From Candidatus Cloacimonadota bacterium (GTDB lineage: Bacteria; Cloacimonadota; Cloacimonadia; Cloacimonadales; Cloacimonadaceae): a stretch of 64,000 bases of DNA. Shown here piece by piece: positions 1-10,457 of this stretch (position 1 is its first letter; every line of letters starts with the position of its first letter). A model generated the notes under the pieces. The model saw only the letters and a program-made list of their open reading frames with translations. It was not told the DNA's origin and made no database searches. The stretch spans positions 25,417-89,416 of the forward strand of contig JBBISI010000004.1 of the NCBI GenBank assembly GCA_037441405.1, written 5' to 3'. Made by a program: the position numbers and the translations under genes.

Positions 1-492
1 ATAATACGATCCAGCCATATACATATATTCTCGGCGTTTGCCCACGTATTTGAAACCGATCTTTTCATAACACCGGATGCCCCGGTGATTGTATTCCACC
101 ACTTCGAGGGTTATGTTATTCAGATTCATGATATTAAAGCCATAATCCAGGATCAGGGCTGTGGCTTCGGTACCGATCCCCTGATTCCAAAAATTCTTCT
201 CGCCGATGAAGATACCAAGAGAAGCGCGACGGTGGACTTCGTTCACATTATGCAGCCCGCAATTGCCGATCACTTTGTTGGTATCCTTTTCGATGATGGC
301 GAATGTGATGCTGTTTTGTATCAATTCTTCCAATAACTCACGTTCCCTGTCAACACCGATAACAGCCGCTGAAAACAGGACAAACTGACCGACTTCCAGG
401 TCGTTTACCCATTCCGTGTATTTCTCAACATCCTCCATCGATATCGGGGACAAATAGCACTTCTCGCCGATTAACTTCCTAAAATACTTCAT
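1..492 (-). CDS. GNAT family N-acetyltransferase (3' end runs off the window)
   Basis: Absent from the ORF track because there is no stop in the window. My minus-strand translation from the ATG at 492-490 reads MKYFRKLIGEKCYLSPISMEDVEKYTEWVNDLEV...HRRASLGIFIGEKNFWNQGIGTEATALILDYGFNIMNLNNITLEVVEYNHRGIRCYEKIGFKYVGKRREY. It is open to position 1. The NQGIGT acetyl-CoA loop is typical of RimL/SpeG-like GNATs. Confidence 0.8.
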   Translation of the reverse strand, partial: MKYFRKLIGEKCYLSPISMEDVEKYTEWVNDLEVGQFVLFSAAVIGVDRERELLEELIQNSITFAIIEKDTNKVIGNCGLHNVNEVHRRASLGIFIGEKNFWNQGIGTEATALILDYGFNIMNLNNITLEVVEYNHRGIRCYEKIGFKYVGKRREYMYMAGSYY

Positions 493-723
493 GTTATACT
501 CCTCTTGAGATTGCTGGGGTTGTTATACGAAAGTTCGTATTTCCACTTCTATCATTGGCTGTAATTGTCAAGAGCAAATACTCTTCCAATATCAGGCCTT
601 GTTTGGCGAAATTCATCAGGGGATGAGGAGTCAGAGCTATCACTGCCATTGATCTCATACTTGGATTGTCCATAACCCGTATTCAACCGGTAGGGTCGTT
701 GTCCTTCTTCACCTTCTTCCTTG

Positions 724-795
724 CTCCATAACCTTAGTATAACCTTACGACCGTAAGGTTATACTAAGGTTATACTAAGGTTATCAAGTAAGGAG
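724..795 (+). repeat. Foldback element copy 1 (2+3 array of TAAGGTTAT 9-mers, centre GACC)
   Basis: Sequence is CTCCATAACCTTAGTATAACCTTAC-GACC-GTAAGGTTATACTAAGGTTATACTAAGGTTATCAAGTAAGGAG. Arm 728-749 pairs perfectly with 752-773. It lies between the divergent GNAT and rpsO genes. Confidence 0.9.
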
Positions 796-1050
796 AAGAC
801 AAGATGGTATATATTAACCATCAGTCATGATGTAATATGATCAGGATAACCTAAGCAAAGTATTCAATAAACAAGTTACATGCAACTGTCTAACAGAATA
901 TTAGAGCGATGTGCCGCCAGTATTCCCACTAATACCCCAGATCCATGTACTGTGTATTGAGATTGGCAGGGGATAAAAAGCGAGATTGATACGACAAAAT
1001 GCTTTACAAAATTGGAGTAAGCAGAAACATGGCGCCAAAACAAGAAGGAG

Positions 1051-1326
1051 ATGAAAATGTCGTTAACACCCGAGGCTAAAACAGCTATCATGGCAGAGTT
1101 TAAACTCCATGAGTCAGACACCGGGTCTGCAGGTGTTCAGATTGCAATACTTACGAAGCGGATTGCGGATATTACCGAACACCTGAAGATACATCCCAAG
1201 GATTTTTCCACCCGTCGCGGACTTTTGAAGTTGATCGGTCAACGGCGCCGATTGTTGGATTACATTGCGCGTAAGGATATCAATTCCTATCGCGAACTGA
1301 TCAAGGTGCTGGGGATCAGAAAATAA
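1051..1326 (+). CDS. rpsO: 30S ribosomal protein S15
   Basis: Translation ...LTPEAKTAIMAEFKLHESDTGSAGVQIAILTKRIADITEHLKIHPKDFSTRRGLLKLIGQRRRLLDYI is canonical S15. AAGGAG at 1045-1050 abuts the first ATG, so the ATG at 1057 (89 aa) is the more likely start. The gene lies upstream of pnp, as in many bacteria. Confidence 0.95.
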   Translation: MKMSLTPEAKTAIMAEFKLHESDTGSAGVQIAILTKRIADITEHLKIHPKDFSTRRGLLKLIGQRRRLLDYIARKDINSYRELIKVLGIRK

Positions 1327-1426
1327 ACTGCCAATTATCATCCCATGAAAGTGAACGCATCCGGCTTAGAAACCGGACGCTTCACGCAAGACAGTTTCCA
1401 AAGCGGGGATTGACAGGAATCAGATT

Positions 1427-1468
1427 GAGGAGTGGATCTTCGCCCATTGATTCGCTCCTCCTTTGTTT
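1427..1468 (+). terminator. Candidate intrinsic terminator/attenuator between rpsO and pnp
   Basis: GAGGAGTG (1427-1434) pairs with CGCTCCTC (1453-1460) and is followed by CTTTGTTTAT. Confidence 0.45.
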
Positions 1469-1615
1469 ATGAACGACCCAGATCAAGCGCCAAGGCATAA
1501 CTGCCCAAACAATAGCAACCTAACCAATATGGGAGAAACGAGCAATACGCTGAGATGATGAGATCGTTTCGTTTCAGCCTATTGCTTCTTCTCCCGCATG
1601 AAACAAGGAGAAATA

Positions 1616-3871
1616 ATGCCCGACTTTAACATCACAAAACGCGGCATCGAATTCTGCGGAAGAACGCTAACTGCAGAAACAGGCCGCATGGCAAAACAAG
1701 CCAATGGTTCTGTGTTTGTCCAATACGGCGAAACCAGCGTGCTGGTAACTGCCACCATGGGTAAGGAAACCACGACGGAACAGGATTTCTTTCCGCTGAC
1801 CGTCGATTACATCGAGAAAATGTATGCCTCCGGCAAGATCCCCGGCGGCTTTTTCAAGCGTGAAGCCAAACCCACCACGGATGCCACTCTGAATGCCCGT
1901 CTCACCGATCGTTCCATCCGTCCGCTATTTGGCGATGGCTTCCGCAATCCCGTCCACGTCGTAATCAACGTTCTGTCTTATGATGGCTTGAATGATCCGG
2001 CAGTACTATCCATCTTTGGCGCTTCCCTGGCTTTGAGCATATCGGATATTCCGTTTGATGGACCCATCGCCAGCGTCACGGTCGGTAACATCGATGACAA
2101 GATCGTGGTCAATCCATTTGTTAACGATCTCAATGAAAAATCGTTGCTTAATCTGACGGTGGCGGGCTCCCGTGAATCGATCGTGATGATCGAATCCGCA
2201 GCCAAGGAATTAAGCGAACAATTGATGATAGACAGCGTTTTTGCCGGCCATGCCGAGATCCAGAAACTGGTGGATCTGCAGCATGAATTTATTCAGGAAT
2301 GCGGCAAGCAAAAAGTCGAGGTATTACGAGATCTTGTTCCGGAGGAATTGATGACAGTGGTGGAAACCCGGTATGGCGAGACTCTCAAATCAGTGGCCGT
2401 GATCCATGGCAAGCAAGAGCGCCAGGATGCCTATGATAAAGGCAAAACGCAAATGCTGGAGTACTATAAGAACAGCGATCCGGAGAATTTCGAAGCCAAT
2501 GAACGTTACCTCAAGGAAGCGTATCACGAGACATATCGCCGCTACTTGAGGGATATGATCCTTTCTCATAAGGTGCGTGCCGATGGCAGGAATCTGGACG
2601 ACATCAGACCTATCACTTGCGAAGTTGATGTCTTGCCCATTGTGCACGGCTCCGCGCTCTTTACCCGCGGTGAGACCCAATCCTTGGGAACGGTTACACT
2701 GGGTGGTGGAAGTGACGAGCAAGTCATAGATGGATTGGAAGTTGAGTATAAAAAACATTTTTACCTGCACTATAACTTTCCTCCCTTCAGCGTTGGCGAA
2801 GCCAGCCGGATGGGACCTCCCGGAAGACGCGAACTGGGACACGGCAACCTAGCAGAACTGGCGTTGATCCCTGTGATGCCGACCAAAGAAGAGTTTCCCT
2901 ATACGATACGCGTGGTCTGCGACACTCTGGAATCCAACGGATCATCGTCCATGGCTTCCGTATGTAGCGGTTGCCTGGCTATGATGGCTGCAGGCGTTCC
3001 GGTCAAGGCCGCGGTTGCCGGTATAGCCAATGGTCTGATCATGGAAGGTGATAAGTTTGCCGTATTGACGGACATCATGGGCCTGGAAGACCATCTCGGC
3101 GATATGGATTTTAAGGTCACCGGCACTGATCAGGGTATCACGGCAATGCAAATGGATATCAAGATCAAAGGCATTACCCGCGAGATCATGACCATCGCCC
3201 TGGAAAAATCCTTACATGCCCGTATGCATATCCTCAAAGCCATGGCGAATACCATAGCCGAACCGCGTCCCGAATTAGCGCCGACAGCCCCACGCATAGA
3301 ATCATTCAAAGTTCCGGTCGATAAGATCGGTGAGATCATTGGACCCGGTGGAAAGATGATCAAACATATTGTCGAAGTCACTAAAGTGCAGATCGATATT
3401 GAAGATGACGGTACCGTCCGCATTCTGTCACCCGATAAGCAGTGTATAGATAATGCGCGCGCCATGATCAACGGCATTTCCAGCGAACCGGAGATGGGAG
3501 CCCAATTCCAGGGACCGATCACCCGGATCGAACCGTATGGCGTTTTCGTCAAGATCCTGGGCGGCGTCAAGGAAGGCATGGTGCACGTCTCTCAGATGCA
3601 TCAATCACGTATCAACCATCCCAGTGACATGGTAAAACTCGGCGATATCGTGAATGTTCGTGTAATTGGAATAGAAAAAGGCAAGATCGCACTGACGATG
3701 AAAGGCGAAGCAGGTAATCCGGTACCTGACCCCAATGTGCCCAGCGACCGCAGCCAATCTCCCCGCCCCTTCGACCGTACCGGAGACCGTAATCGGGACC
3801 GTGACCGGGGTGACCGTGGACGTGATCGTGACAGAGACCGGGGAAGAGGTGACCGATTCCGGAGGAACTGA
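1616..3871 (+). CDS. pnp: Polyribonucleotide nucleotidyltransferase (PNPase) with an Arg/Asp-rich C-terminal tail
   Basis: Two RNase PH domains, KH ([10 protein letters not shown]) and S1 ([20 protein letters not shown]). The ORF opens at 1598, but AAGGAG at 1605-1610 precedes the ATG at 1616 ([10 protein letters not shown]...). The last ~45 aa are [32 protein letters not shown]. Confidence 0.95.
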   Translation: MPDFNITKRGIEFCGRTLTAETGRMAKQANGSVFVQYGETSVLVTATMGKETTTEQDFFPLTVDYIEKMYASGKIPGGFFKREAKPTTDATLNARLTDRSIRPLFGDGFRNPVHVVINVLSYDGLNDPAVLSIFGASLALSISDIPFDGPIASVTVGNIDDKIVVNPFVNDLNEKSLLNLTVAGSRESIVMIESAAKELSEQLMIDSVFAGHAEIQKLVDLQHEFIQECGKQKVEVLRDLVPEELMTVVETRYGETLKSVAVIHGKQERQDAYDKGKTQMLEYYKNSDPENFEANERYLKEAYHETYRRYLRDMILSHKVRADGRNLDDIRPITCEVDVLPIVHGSALFTRGETQSLGTVTLGGGSDEQVIDGLEVEYKKHFYLHYNFPPFSVGEASRMGPPGRRELGHGNLAELALIPVMPTKEEFPYTIRVVCDTLESNGSSSMASVCSGCLAMMAAGVPVKAAVAGIANGLIMEGDKFAVLTDIMGLEDHLGDMDFKVTGTDQGITAMQMDIKIKGITREIMTIALEKSLHARMHILKAMANTIAEPRPELAPTAPRIESFKVPVDKIGEIIGPGGKMIKHIVEVTKVQIDIEDDGTVRILSPDKQCIDNARAMINGISSEPEMGAQFQGPITRIEPYGVFVKILGGVKEGMVHVSQMHQSRINHPSDMVKLGDIVNVRVIGIEKGKIALTMKGEAGNPVPDPNVPSDRSQSPRPFDRTGDRNRDRDRGDRGRDRDRDRGRGDRFRRN

Positions 3872-3882
3872 GGATAAATAAG

Positions 3883-5289
3883 ATGAACTGTAAGATAGCC
3901 GATCCATCCCTTGCCGCTTACGGCAGAAAGGAGATCGTCCTGGCAGAAGCAGAGATGCCCGGATTGATGGCGCTTCGGGATAAGTATAAGAATAAGAAAC
4001 CATTGGCAGGAGCCCGGATAACGGGCTCTCTGCATATGACCATTCAGACCGCTGTTCTGATCGAAACGCTGATCTCTCTCGGAGCGGAAGTCCGCTGGGC
4101 AAGCTGCAATATCTTCTCCACTCAGGATCACGCCGCTGCGGCAATTGCCGAGGCTAGAGTGCCCGTCTTTGCCTGGAAGGGTGAGACCCTTGAGGAATAC
4201 TGGTGGTGCACTCTGCAGGCATTGACATGGGAAGATGGCAATACAGCTGATCTGATCATTGACGATGGGGGTGATGCCACTCTGATGATCCATGAGGGAT
4301 GGCGCCTGGAAGAGGAATATGCCCGTGGTGGCGTCTTACCTGAGATATGCAAGGATAACAAAGAACTGGCGATCATCCAGAGATTGCTGATCGAAGGTCT
4401 TTCCTCCAATCCAAACAAATGGCATGATATTGCTGCCAGTGTCCGGGGCGTAAGTGAGGAAACCACGACCGGCGTGCATCGCCTGTATCAGATGCATGAA
4501 ACTGGCCGGCTGCTCTTTCCGGCGTTCAACGTCAATGATTCGGTCACCAAATCCAAGTTTGACAATCTCTATGGCTGTCGTGAATCCTTGGCAGACGGGA
4601 TCAAACGCGGAACAGATATCATGGTGGCCGGAAAAGTCGTTGTCGTCTGTGGTTATGGCGATGTCGGCAAGGGTTGTGCTCAATCCATGCGTGGTTTTGG
4701 CGCTCGGGTCGTTATTACAGAGATCGATCCGATCTGTGCCTTGCAGGCAGCTATGGAAGGGTATGAGGTCTGCACATTGGAGGAAGCATTGGCTGAAGGC
4801 GATATTTTTGTAACCGCCACCGGCAACCGGGATGTGATCACTGTCCGACACATCTTGAGTATGAAAGATAACGCCATTGTCTGCAATATAGGTCACTTTG
4901 ACAATGAGATCCAAGTGGATGCTCTATACGCGATGGAAGACATAAGCAAAGTGAACATCAAACCCCAGGTGGATAAGATCGGACTTCCCAATGGCAGATC
5001 GATCATTCTGCTTTCCGAAGGACGACTGGTCAATTTGGGCAATGCTACCGGTCATCCGTCTTTTGTTATGAGTTGTTCCTTTACCAATCAAGTGCTTGCC
5101 CAGATGGAACTGTGGCAGAACCGTTATGAGATCGGTGTCTATGTCCTGCCCAAGATCCTGGATGAAGAAGTGGCGCGTTTGCATTTGGTTAAATTGAATG
5201 CCCGCCTTACCAAATTGACCGCTTCTCAAGCAGAATATATCGGTGTTTCGCCAGATGGTCCTTATAAAAATGATAATTACAGATACTAA
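3883..5289 (+). CDS. ahcY: Adenosylhomocysteinase
   Basis: 468 aa. Typical SAH hydrolase motifs: [31 protein letters not shown]-binding [18 protein letters not shown], and C-terminal [10 protein letters not shown]. Confidence 0.95.
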   Translation: MNCKIADPSLAAYGRKEIVLAEAEMPGLMALRDKYKNKKPLAGARITGSLHMTIQTAVLIETLISLGAEVRWASCNIFSTQDHAAAAIAEARVPVFAWKGETLEEYWWCTLQALTWEDGNTADLIIDDGGDATLMIHEGWRLEEEYARGGVLPEICKDNKELAIIQRLLIEGLSSNPNKWHDIAASVRGVSEETTTGVHRLYQMHETGRLLFPAFNVNDSVTKSKFDNLYGCRESLADGIKRGTDIMVAGKVVVVCGYGDVGKGCAQSMRGFGARVVITEIDPICALQAAMEGYEVCTLEEALAEGDIFVTATGNRDVITVRHILSMKDNAIVCNIGHFDNEIQVDALYAMEDISKVNIKPQVDKIGLPNGRSIILLSEGRLVNLGNATGHPSFVMSCSFTNQVLAQMELWQNRYEIGVYVLPKILDEEVARLHLVKLNARLTKLTASQAEYIGVSPDGPYKNDNYRY

Positions 5290-5304
5290 CAAATGGAGGT
5301 TTGT

Positions 5305-6603
5305 ATGACTCTCGGTGAGAGAATCAAAGACAAATCGGTGGTGATCGGAGTGATCGGACTGGGATATGTGGGATTGCCAATGGCGGTGACGGTTGCCCGG
5401 AAGGGTTATAAAGTAGTAGGTTTTGAAGTAAGTGACTATGCAATCGAGCATATCAATCAGGGAAAGAACTATATCGGTGACGTGGACGATAGCGAACTTG
5501 CCGAAGTAGTGGGCAAAGGTCTGCTCTGCGCAACTGCTGATTACACCAGGATCAAAGAAGTAGGCATTATCATGATCGCCGTTCCCACCCCCCTTGATAA
5601 ATACCATCAGCCGGATACCACCTATATCAAGGCATCAATGGCATCTTTATCCTCCCATCTCGAAAAAGATACTCTAATCGTGTTGGAGAGCACCACCTAT
5701 CCCGGTACAACACGTGAGATCATCGTACCCGAAGTGGTAAAACGCGGTTTGGTAGTAGGGAAAAATGTCTTTGTCGCTTTCTCGCCGGAACGTGTGGATC
5801 CCGGTAACGAAACCTACAAAACGCATAATACACCCAAGGTTGTGGGTGGCATAACTCCGATGTGTAATGAGGTGGCAAAAACCTTTTATGAAAACATCCT
5901 GGATGCACCTGTTCACCTGGTGTCATCGCCTGAAGTGGCGGAGATGGAAAAAATCTATGAAAACACCTTCCGCAATATCAATATCGCTCTTGCCAATGAG
6001 ATGACTGTCCTTTGCGAACGCATGGGCATCAGCATCTGGGAAGTGATCGATGCCGCCAAGACCAAACCATACGGGTTTATGGCATTTTACCCTGGACCTG
6101 GAGTGGGAGGACACTGCATACCGATCGATCCATTTTATCTCACGTGGAAGGCCCGTGAGTTTGATTTTCATACACGTCTGATCGAACTGGCAGGTGAGAT
6201 CAATATCGCTATGCCGGAATATGTTGTGCAGCGTGCCATCAAGATCCTGAACAAACAGGGAGTGGCGATCGCACGCGCCAAAATCCTGCTCATCGGTGCC
6301 GCTTACAAGAAAGATATACAGGATATGCGGGAATCACCGATCGAAGGAATTATCACGCATCTGGAATCATATAGATCAGATTTTGACATTCATGACCCTT
6401 ACGTCTCGGAGTTTCATCACGAGGTGAACGGGCAGACCTATCAGTCAATCCCTTTGGGCAACCTCAAGAAGTATGATTTGATCATCATTGTGACCGATCA
6501 CAGTTGTATCGATTATGCCAAGCTGGTGGAAAGCGGGGTGTCCATCCTCGATACCCGCAATGCCTGCAAAGCGTTCAAGAACTCCAATATCGAGTTTCTA
6601 TAA
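5305..6603 (+). CDS. Nucleotide-sugar dehydrogenase (UDP-N-acetyl-D-glucosamine/mannosamine 6-dehydrogenase type, WecC/TviB/WbpA-like)
   Basis: N-terminal Rossmann motif VIGVIGLGYVGLPMA and catalytic GGHCIPIDP. GGAGG precedes the ATG at 5305; the ORF track opens at 5293. Confidence 0.85.
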   Translation: MTLGERIKDKSVVIGVIGLGYVGLPMAVTVARKGYKVVGFEVSDYAIEHINQGKNYIGDVDDSELAEVVGKGLLCATADYTRIKEVGIIMIAVPTPLDKYHQPDTTYIKASMASLSSHLEKDTLIVLESTTYPGTTREIIVPEVVKRGLVVGKNVFVAFSPERVDPGNETYKTHNTPKVVGGITPMCNEVAKTFYENILDAPVHLVSSPEVAEMEKIYENTFRNINIALANEMTVLCERMGISIWEVIDAAKTKPYGFMAFYPGPGVGGHCIPIDPFYLTWKAREFDFHTRLIELAGEINIAMPEYVVQRAIKILNKQGVAIARAKILLIGAAYKKDIQDMRESPIEGIITHLESYRSDFDIHDPYVSEFHHEVNGQTYQSIPLGNLKKYDLIIIVTDHSCIDYAKLVESGVSILDTRNACKAFKNSNIEFL

Positions 6604-6627
6604 AACCTGATATGGGAGGCAATTGCC

Positions 6628-7197
6628 TTGGCAACGCATAGCCCTGTTCTGGTTGATGAGTTATTTGGTGAGATCAAGCCTGCCGAAGCGGGAAAGCACT
6701 GGTATGTGATCCACACCAAGCCGCGCTGTGAGAAAAAACTGGCAGAATTTGCCCGTCGCAATGAGGTCCACTACTACTTGCCTCAGATCGAAAGTGAGCG
6801 TCGTTACCGGCGCCGCAAGGTGAACTTTACTAGACCGATGTTTCCCGGCTATCTATTCAGCGAGATGTCACTCCCGGAAAAGCAACAACTGATCATATCG
6901 GGATATTTGGTAAGGATTATCAACGTCCCCAATGAAGATGAATTACTGGCGGAATTAGGCAATTTGTATCACTGCCGGAAAGGCAAAGCCAAGGTATTAC
7001 CCACGGTTTGGCTATCCAAGGGCTTGCAGATAGAAATCATTGATGGACCGCTCAAAGGGGTTACCGGTATCGTGGAAAGCCATGAGAAACTTGAGGAAGT
7101 CCGCCTGCAAGTGGAGATGTTACGTCAGGCAGTAATGGTAAAAATTCCAGCCACTGATGTCAGGGTCATCGGTGACTACGAGATCGCGGACGATTAA
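6628..7197 (+). CDS. NusG-family transcription antitermination paralog (UpxY/RfaH-like)
   Basis: NGN-like WYVIHTKPRCEKKLAEF...FPGYLF and KOW-like GLQIEIIDGPLKGVTGIVES. TTG start follows GGGAGG. It is embedded in the nucleotide-sugar gene cluster. Confidence 0.75.
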   Translation: MATHSPVLVDELFGEIKPAEAGKHWYVIHTKPRCEKKLAEFARRNEVHYYLPQIESERRYRRRKVNFTRPMFPGYLFSEMSLPEKQQLIISGYLVRIINVPNEDELLAELGNLYHCRKGKAKVLPTVWLSKGLQIEIIDGPLKGVTGIVESHEKLEEVRLQVEMLRQAVMVKIPATDVRVIGDYEIADD

Positions 7198-7227
7198 GGT
7201 AGTGCCACATTTCATGGGAGATCATAC

Positions 7228-8169
7228 TTGAGGATACTGGTCACAGGAGGCGCTGGATTCATCGGCTCACATATTGTGGATGCCTATGTTGATACGGGGC
7301 ATGAGGTCACAGTAATCGACGATCTCAGTAGTGGCAAGTATGAAAACGTTAATCCACGTGCTCTGTTTCATCAGATGGACATTTCATCTCAGGAATTGTC
7401 TGTTTTACTTAGTGAAATCAGACCCGATCTGATCAATCATCATGCTGCCCAGATCAGTGTCCCCCGTTCCATTACCGATCCTTTTACCGATGTGCAGACC
7501 AACATCAATGGCTTGGTTAATCTCTGCGAAGCTGCCGTGAAAAGTGGCGTGGCCAAGATCATTTTTGCTTCATCCGGTGGTGCTATCTACGGAGAACCGG
7601 AGGAGTACCCCGCCACGGAGAATTGTCCAACGAGACCGCTATCGATCTATGCCATCAACAAGAAAGCATCAGAGGACTACCTGTATTTTTACAGCTATTT
7701 TTATGGTCTCGATTATACTGTTCTGCGCTATGCCAATGTCTTTGGTCCACGACAGGATCCGGCTGGTGAGGCTGGTGTGGTATCCATCTTTATTGAGCAT
7801 TTGCTTAAAGGGGAGATCCCCAATCTGAACGTCTATCCTGATGATCCTGACGGTATGATAAGAGATTATATCTTTGTGCGGGACGTGGTAACAGCCAATC
7901 TGAAGGCGCTATCCCGAGGAAGCAGGGATGTCTTTAATATCGGGACAGGGATCCCTGTTAAGACACGTGAATTGTATAATGCGATAAAACAAGAGATAGG
8001 ATCTTCGATCGAGCCAACCTCGATGCCTGCCCGTCCAGGTGACATTAAGCGGAGTTTATTAAACATTGACAAGGCACGGCAAGTTCTGGATTGGTCCCAT
8101 CAATATAGTCTCTATCGGGGGATCGGTGAGACCGTTGAGTTTTTCAAGAATATAGGCACTGGAGTATAA
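7228..8169 (+). CDS. NAD-dependent epimerase/dehydratase (UDP-glucose 4-epimerase-like extended SDR)
   Basis: MRILVTGGAGFIGSH Rossmann motif and a YxxxK site (YAINKKASE). 313 aa. Confidence 0.85.
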   Translation: MRILVTGGAGFIGSHIVDAYVDTGHEVTVIDDLSSGKYENVNPRALFHQMDISSQELSVLLSEIRPDLINHHAAQISVPRSITDPFTDVQTNINGLVNLCEAAVKSGVAKIIFASSGGAIYGEPEEYPATENCPTRPLSIYAINKKASEDYLYFYSYFYGLDYTVLRYANVFGPRQDPAGEAGVVSIFIEHLLKGEIPNLNVYPDDPDGMIRDYIFVRDVVTANLKALSRGSRDVFNIGTGIPVKTRELYNAIKQEIGSSIEPTSMPARPGDIKRSLLNIDKARQVLDWSHQYSLYRGIGETVEFFKNIGTGV

Positions 8170-9492
8170 ATGGAATTAGCAGTGATAGGAACCGGCTACG
8201 TTGGTCTCGTTTCGGGAACCTGCTTTGCCGAAATGGGCAATAATGTTATATGCGTGGATGCCGATCAAACTAAGATCGAGATGCTTAGACAGGGAGTGAT
8301 TCCGATCTATGAGCCCGGTTTGGAAGAGATGGTTCGCCGCAATGCCAGAGAAGGGCGCCTGACCTTTAGCACTGATATCAAAGAGGCGGTTGATAAAGCA
8401 CTGGTGCTGTTCATTGCAGTGGGTACTCCACCCGATGAGGATGGTTCGGCTGATCTACAGTATGTGTTGGCAGTTGCCAGAGATATAGCAAGATGTATGA
8501 CCGATTATCGAATAATCGTCGATAAATCCACCGTTCCGGTTGGCACTGCTGACAAGGTAAGGGACGAGGTAAGATCAATCCTGAAAGAGCGCGGCGTCAA
8601 CTATAAACTTGATATTGTGTCCAATCCGGAATTCCTCAAGGAAGGCGCTGCCATTGAGGACTTTATGAAGCCCGACCGAGTTGTGGTCGGGGTCGATAAC
8701 GTCCGGGTGGCAGAGATCATGAAACTCTTGTATTCTCCATTTAACCGCAATAACGACAGGGTGATAATCATGTCCATCCGCTCGGCGGAGATGACAAAGT
8801 ATGCCGCCAACGCCATGCTGGCGACCAAGATATCCTTTATGAACGAGATCGCCAGGTTATGCGAAAAACTTGGCGCAGACATATCAGAGGTTAGGCATGG
8901 TATCGGCTCAGACACCCGTATCGGGTATAAATTCATCCATCCCGGTGTGGGTTATGGGGGAAGTTGCTTTCCCAAAGACGTTCAAGCGCTGATACAGATG
9001 GCACAGAAAGCCGGCATGGAGCCATTGGTGATGAAGGCAGTGGAAGCAGTCAATGCCGAGCAGAAAACCGTTCTGGCACAAAAGGTCAAGGCACATTTTG
9101 GCGAGGATCTCAAGGGCAAGACTTTTGCCGTTTGGGGTCTGTCTTTCAAGCCGCAGACCGATGACATGCGTGAAGCCCCGTCGATCGTTATCATCAATGA
9201 ACTTATCAATGCCGGAGCGCATATCGTGGCTTATGATCCAGTTGCCATGCACGAGGCGAGACGCCATTTTGGAGCCAATCCTGCCATCTCTTATACCGAC
9301 AACGAATATGATGCTCTGCGTGATGCCGATGCGATGCTCCTGATCACCGAGTGGCACCAATTCCGTTATCCTGATTTCAAGCGGATCAAGTTACTTTTGC
9401 GTCAACCAGTGATCTTTGACGGACGCAACCAGTATGATCCGCACCAGGTGCGCGAATTGGGCTTCACCTATTTTGCCATAGGCAGGCCATAA
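8170..9492 (+). CDS. ugd: UDP-glucose 6-dehydrogenase
   Basis: [24 protein letters not shown], catalytic [11 protein letters not shown], 440 aa. Confidence 0.9.
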   Translation: MELAVIGTGYVGLVSGTCFAEMGNNVICVDADQTKIEMLRQGVIPIYEPGLEEMVRRNAREGRLTFSTDIKEAVDKALVLFIAVGTPPDEDGSADLQYVLAVARDIARCMTDYRIIVDKSTVPVGTADKVRDEVRSILKERGVNYKLDIVSNPEFLKEGAAIEDFMKPDRVVVGVDNVRVAEIMKLLYSPFNRNNDRVIIMSIRSAEMTKYAANAMLATKISFMNEIARLCEKLGADISEVRHGIGSDTRIGYKFIHPGVGYGGSCFPKDVQALIQMAQKAGMEPLVMKAVEAVNAEQKTVLAQKVKAHFGEDLKGKTFAVWGLSFKPQTDDMREAPSIVIINELINAGAHIVAYDPVAMHEARRHFGANPAISYTDNEYDALRDADAMLLITEWHQFRYPDFKRIKLLLRQPVIFDGRNQYDPHQVRELGFTYFAIGRP

Positions 9493-9518
9493 AAGAAGGA
9501 TAAAAGGCAATTATCGGT

Positions 9519-10457
9519 ATGTTTACCAAGATCTCGAAACAACCGGTGATGAACCGAGTCCTGTATACTCTGATCCCGTCTCTACTTTTTAGTATCCACT
9601 GCTTTGGCTGGCGGGTCTTGCTTATCATAACCGTGAGCAATCTCAGCGCATACCTCACCGAACTTCTGTACCTCCACTCCAAGAAGAGTGCCAAAGTATC
9701 AATGGCAGTATTCGTTACCGGTACTTTGTTGGCATTTACATTACCGCCTACCATTCCGCTATGGATTGCCGCTTTGGGATCTGTGATCGCCATCCTATTT
9801 GGCAAGATGGTCTTTGGCGGTTTTGGGATGAATGTATTCAATCCAGCCATTCTCGGCAGGACTTTTATCTACGTATGTTTTCCCCGGCAGATGACGATCA
9901 CTTGGGCACAGCCATTCACCGGATTTCCAGGTGGATTTGCTCAGTTTACCGCTGGAAGGGACATGATCACAAGTGCCACCATCCTCGGTTATTTTCGCAC
10001 CACGGGTGAGTATCTTTATGGCTTCAAGGACGCTTTTCTGGGATCGATCCCCGGCTCATTGGGTGAGACCTCAGCACTCCTCATCATCCTGGCAGGGATC
10101 TATCTGATCATCACGAAGACAGCTAAATGGCAGCCGATGCTCGGCACCCTAATCAGTATCTTGTTATTCTCCTGGATTTTTGCACCAGACACCAATCCTC
10201 TTTACTTTCTGGTCAGCGGCGGTGCGCTATTTGGCATTGTTTTTATGACCACCGATCCCGTCACTCAGGCAAAGGGCAGATATGCAATCTGGGTTTATGG
10301 ATTGCTGATCGGCTTCTTGACCGTCCTGATCCGACAGAAGTCGCTATTTTACGAGGGTTTTATGTTTGCCCTGCTGATCACCAATGCGTTGATACCGATC
10401 ATAGAATACGGCATTGATAAATACCTGAAACCCCGGAAAGCGGAGAAGAAAGCATGA
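9519..10457 (+). CDS. RnfD/NqrB family ion-translocating oxidoreductase subunit (RnfD-sized, 312 aa)
   Basis: FGGFGMNVFNPAILGRTF, TTDPVT, and a candidate FMN-attachment site DMITSAT. Length and N-terminus resemble RnfD more than the ~410-aa NqrB. Confidence 0.85.
   Translation: MFTKISKQPVMNRVLYTLIPSLLFSIHCFGWRVLLIITVSNLSAYLTELLYLHSKKSAKVSMAVFVTGTLLAFTLPPTIPLWIAALGSVIAILFGKMVFGGFGMNVFNPAILGRTFIYVCFPRQMTITWAQPFTGFPGGFAQFTAGRDMITSATILGYFRTTGEYLYGFKDAFLGSIPGSLGETSALLIILAGIYLIITKTAKWQPMLGTLISILLFSWIFAPDTNPLYFLVSGGALFGIVFMTTDPVTQAKGRYAIWVYGLLIGFLTVLIRQKSLFYEGFMFALLITNALIPIIEYGIDKYLKPRKAEKKA

Noticed and set aside
3601-4293. Long antisense or overlapping ORFs inside well-supported genes. Examples: 3601-4293 -, 4924-5607 -, 4336-4914 -, 17495-18034 +, 21420-21992 +, 22122-22757 +, 35677-36450 +, 40613-41182 +, 46578-47039 -, 61951-62847 +, 31174-31716 -.
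   Set aside because: Each lies opposite or out of frame to a gene with clear family motifs. Each has low-complexity or Arg/Ser/Gly-rich composition typical of shadow ORFs, and none has an SD.
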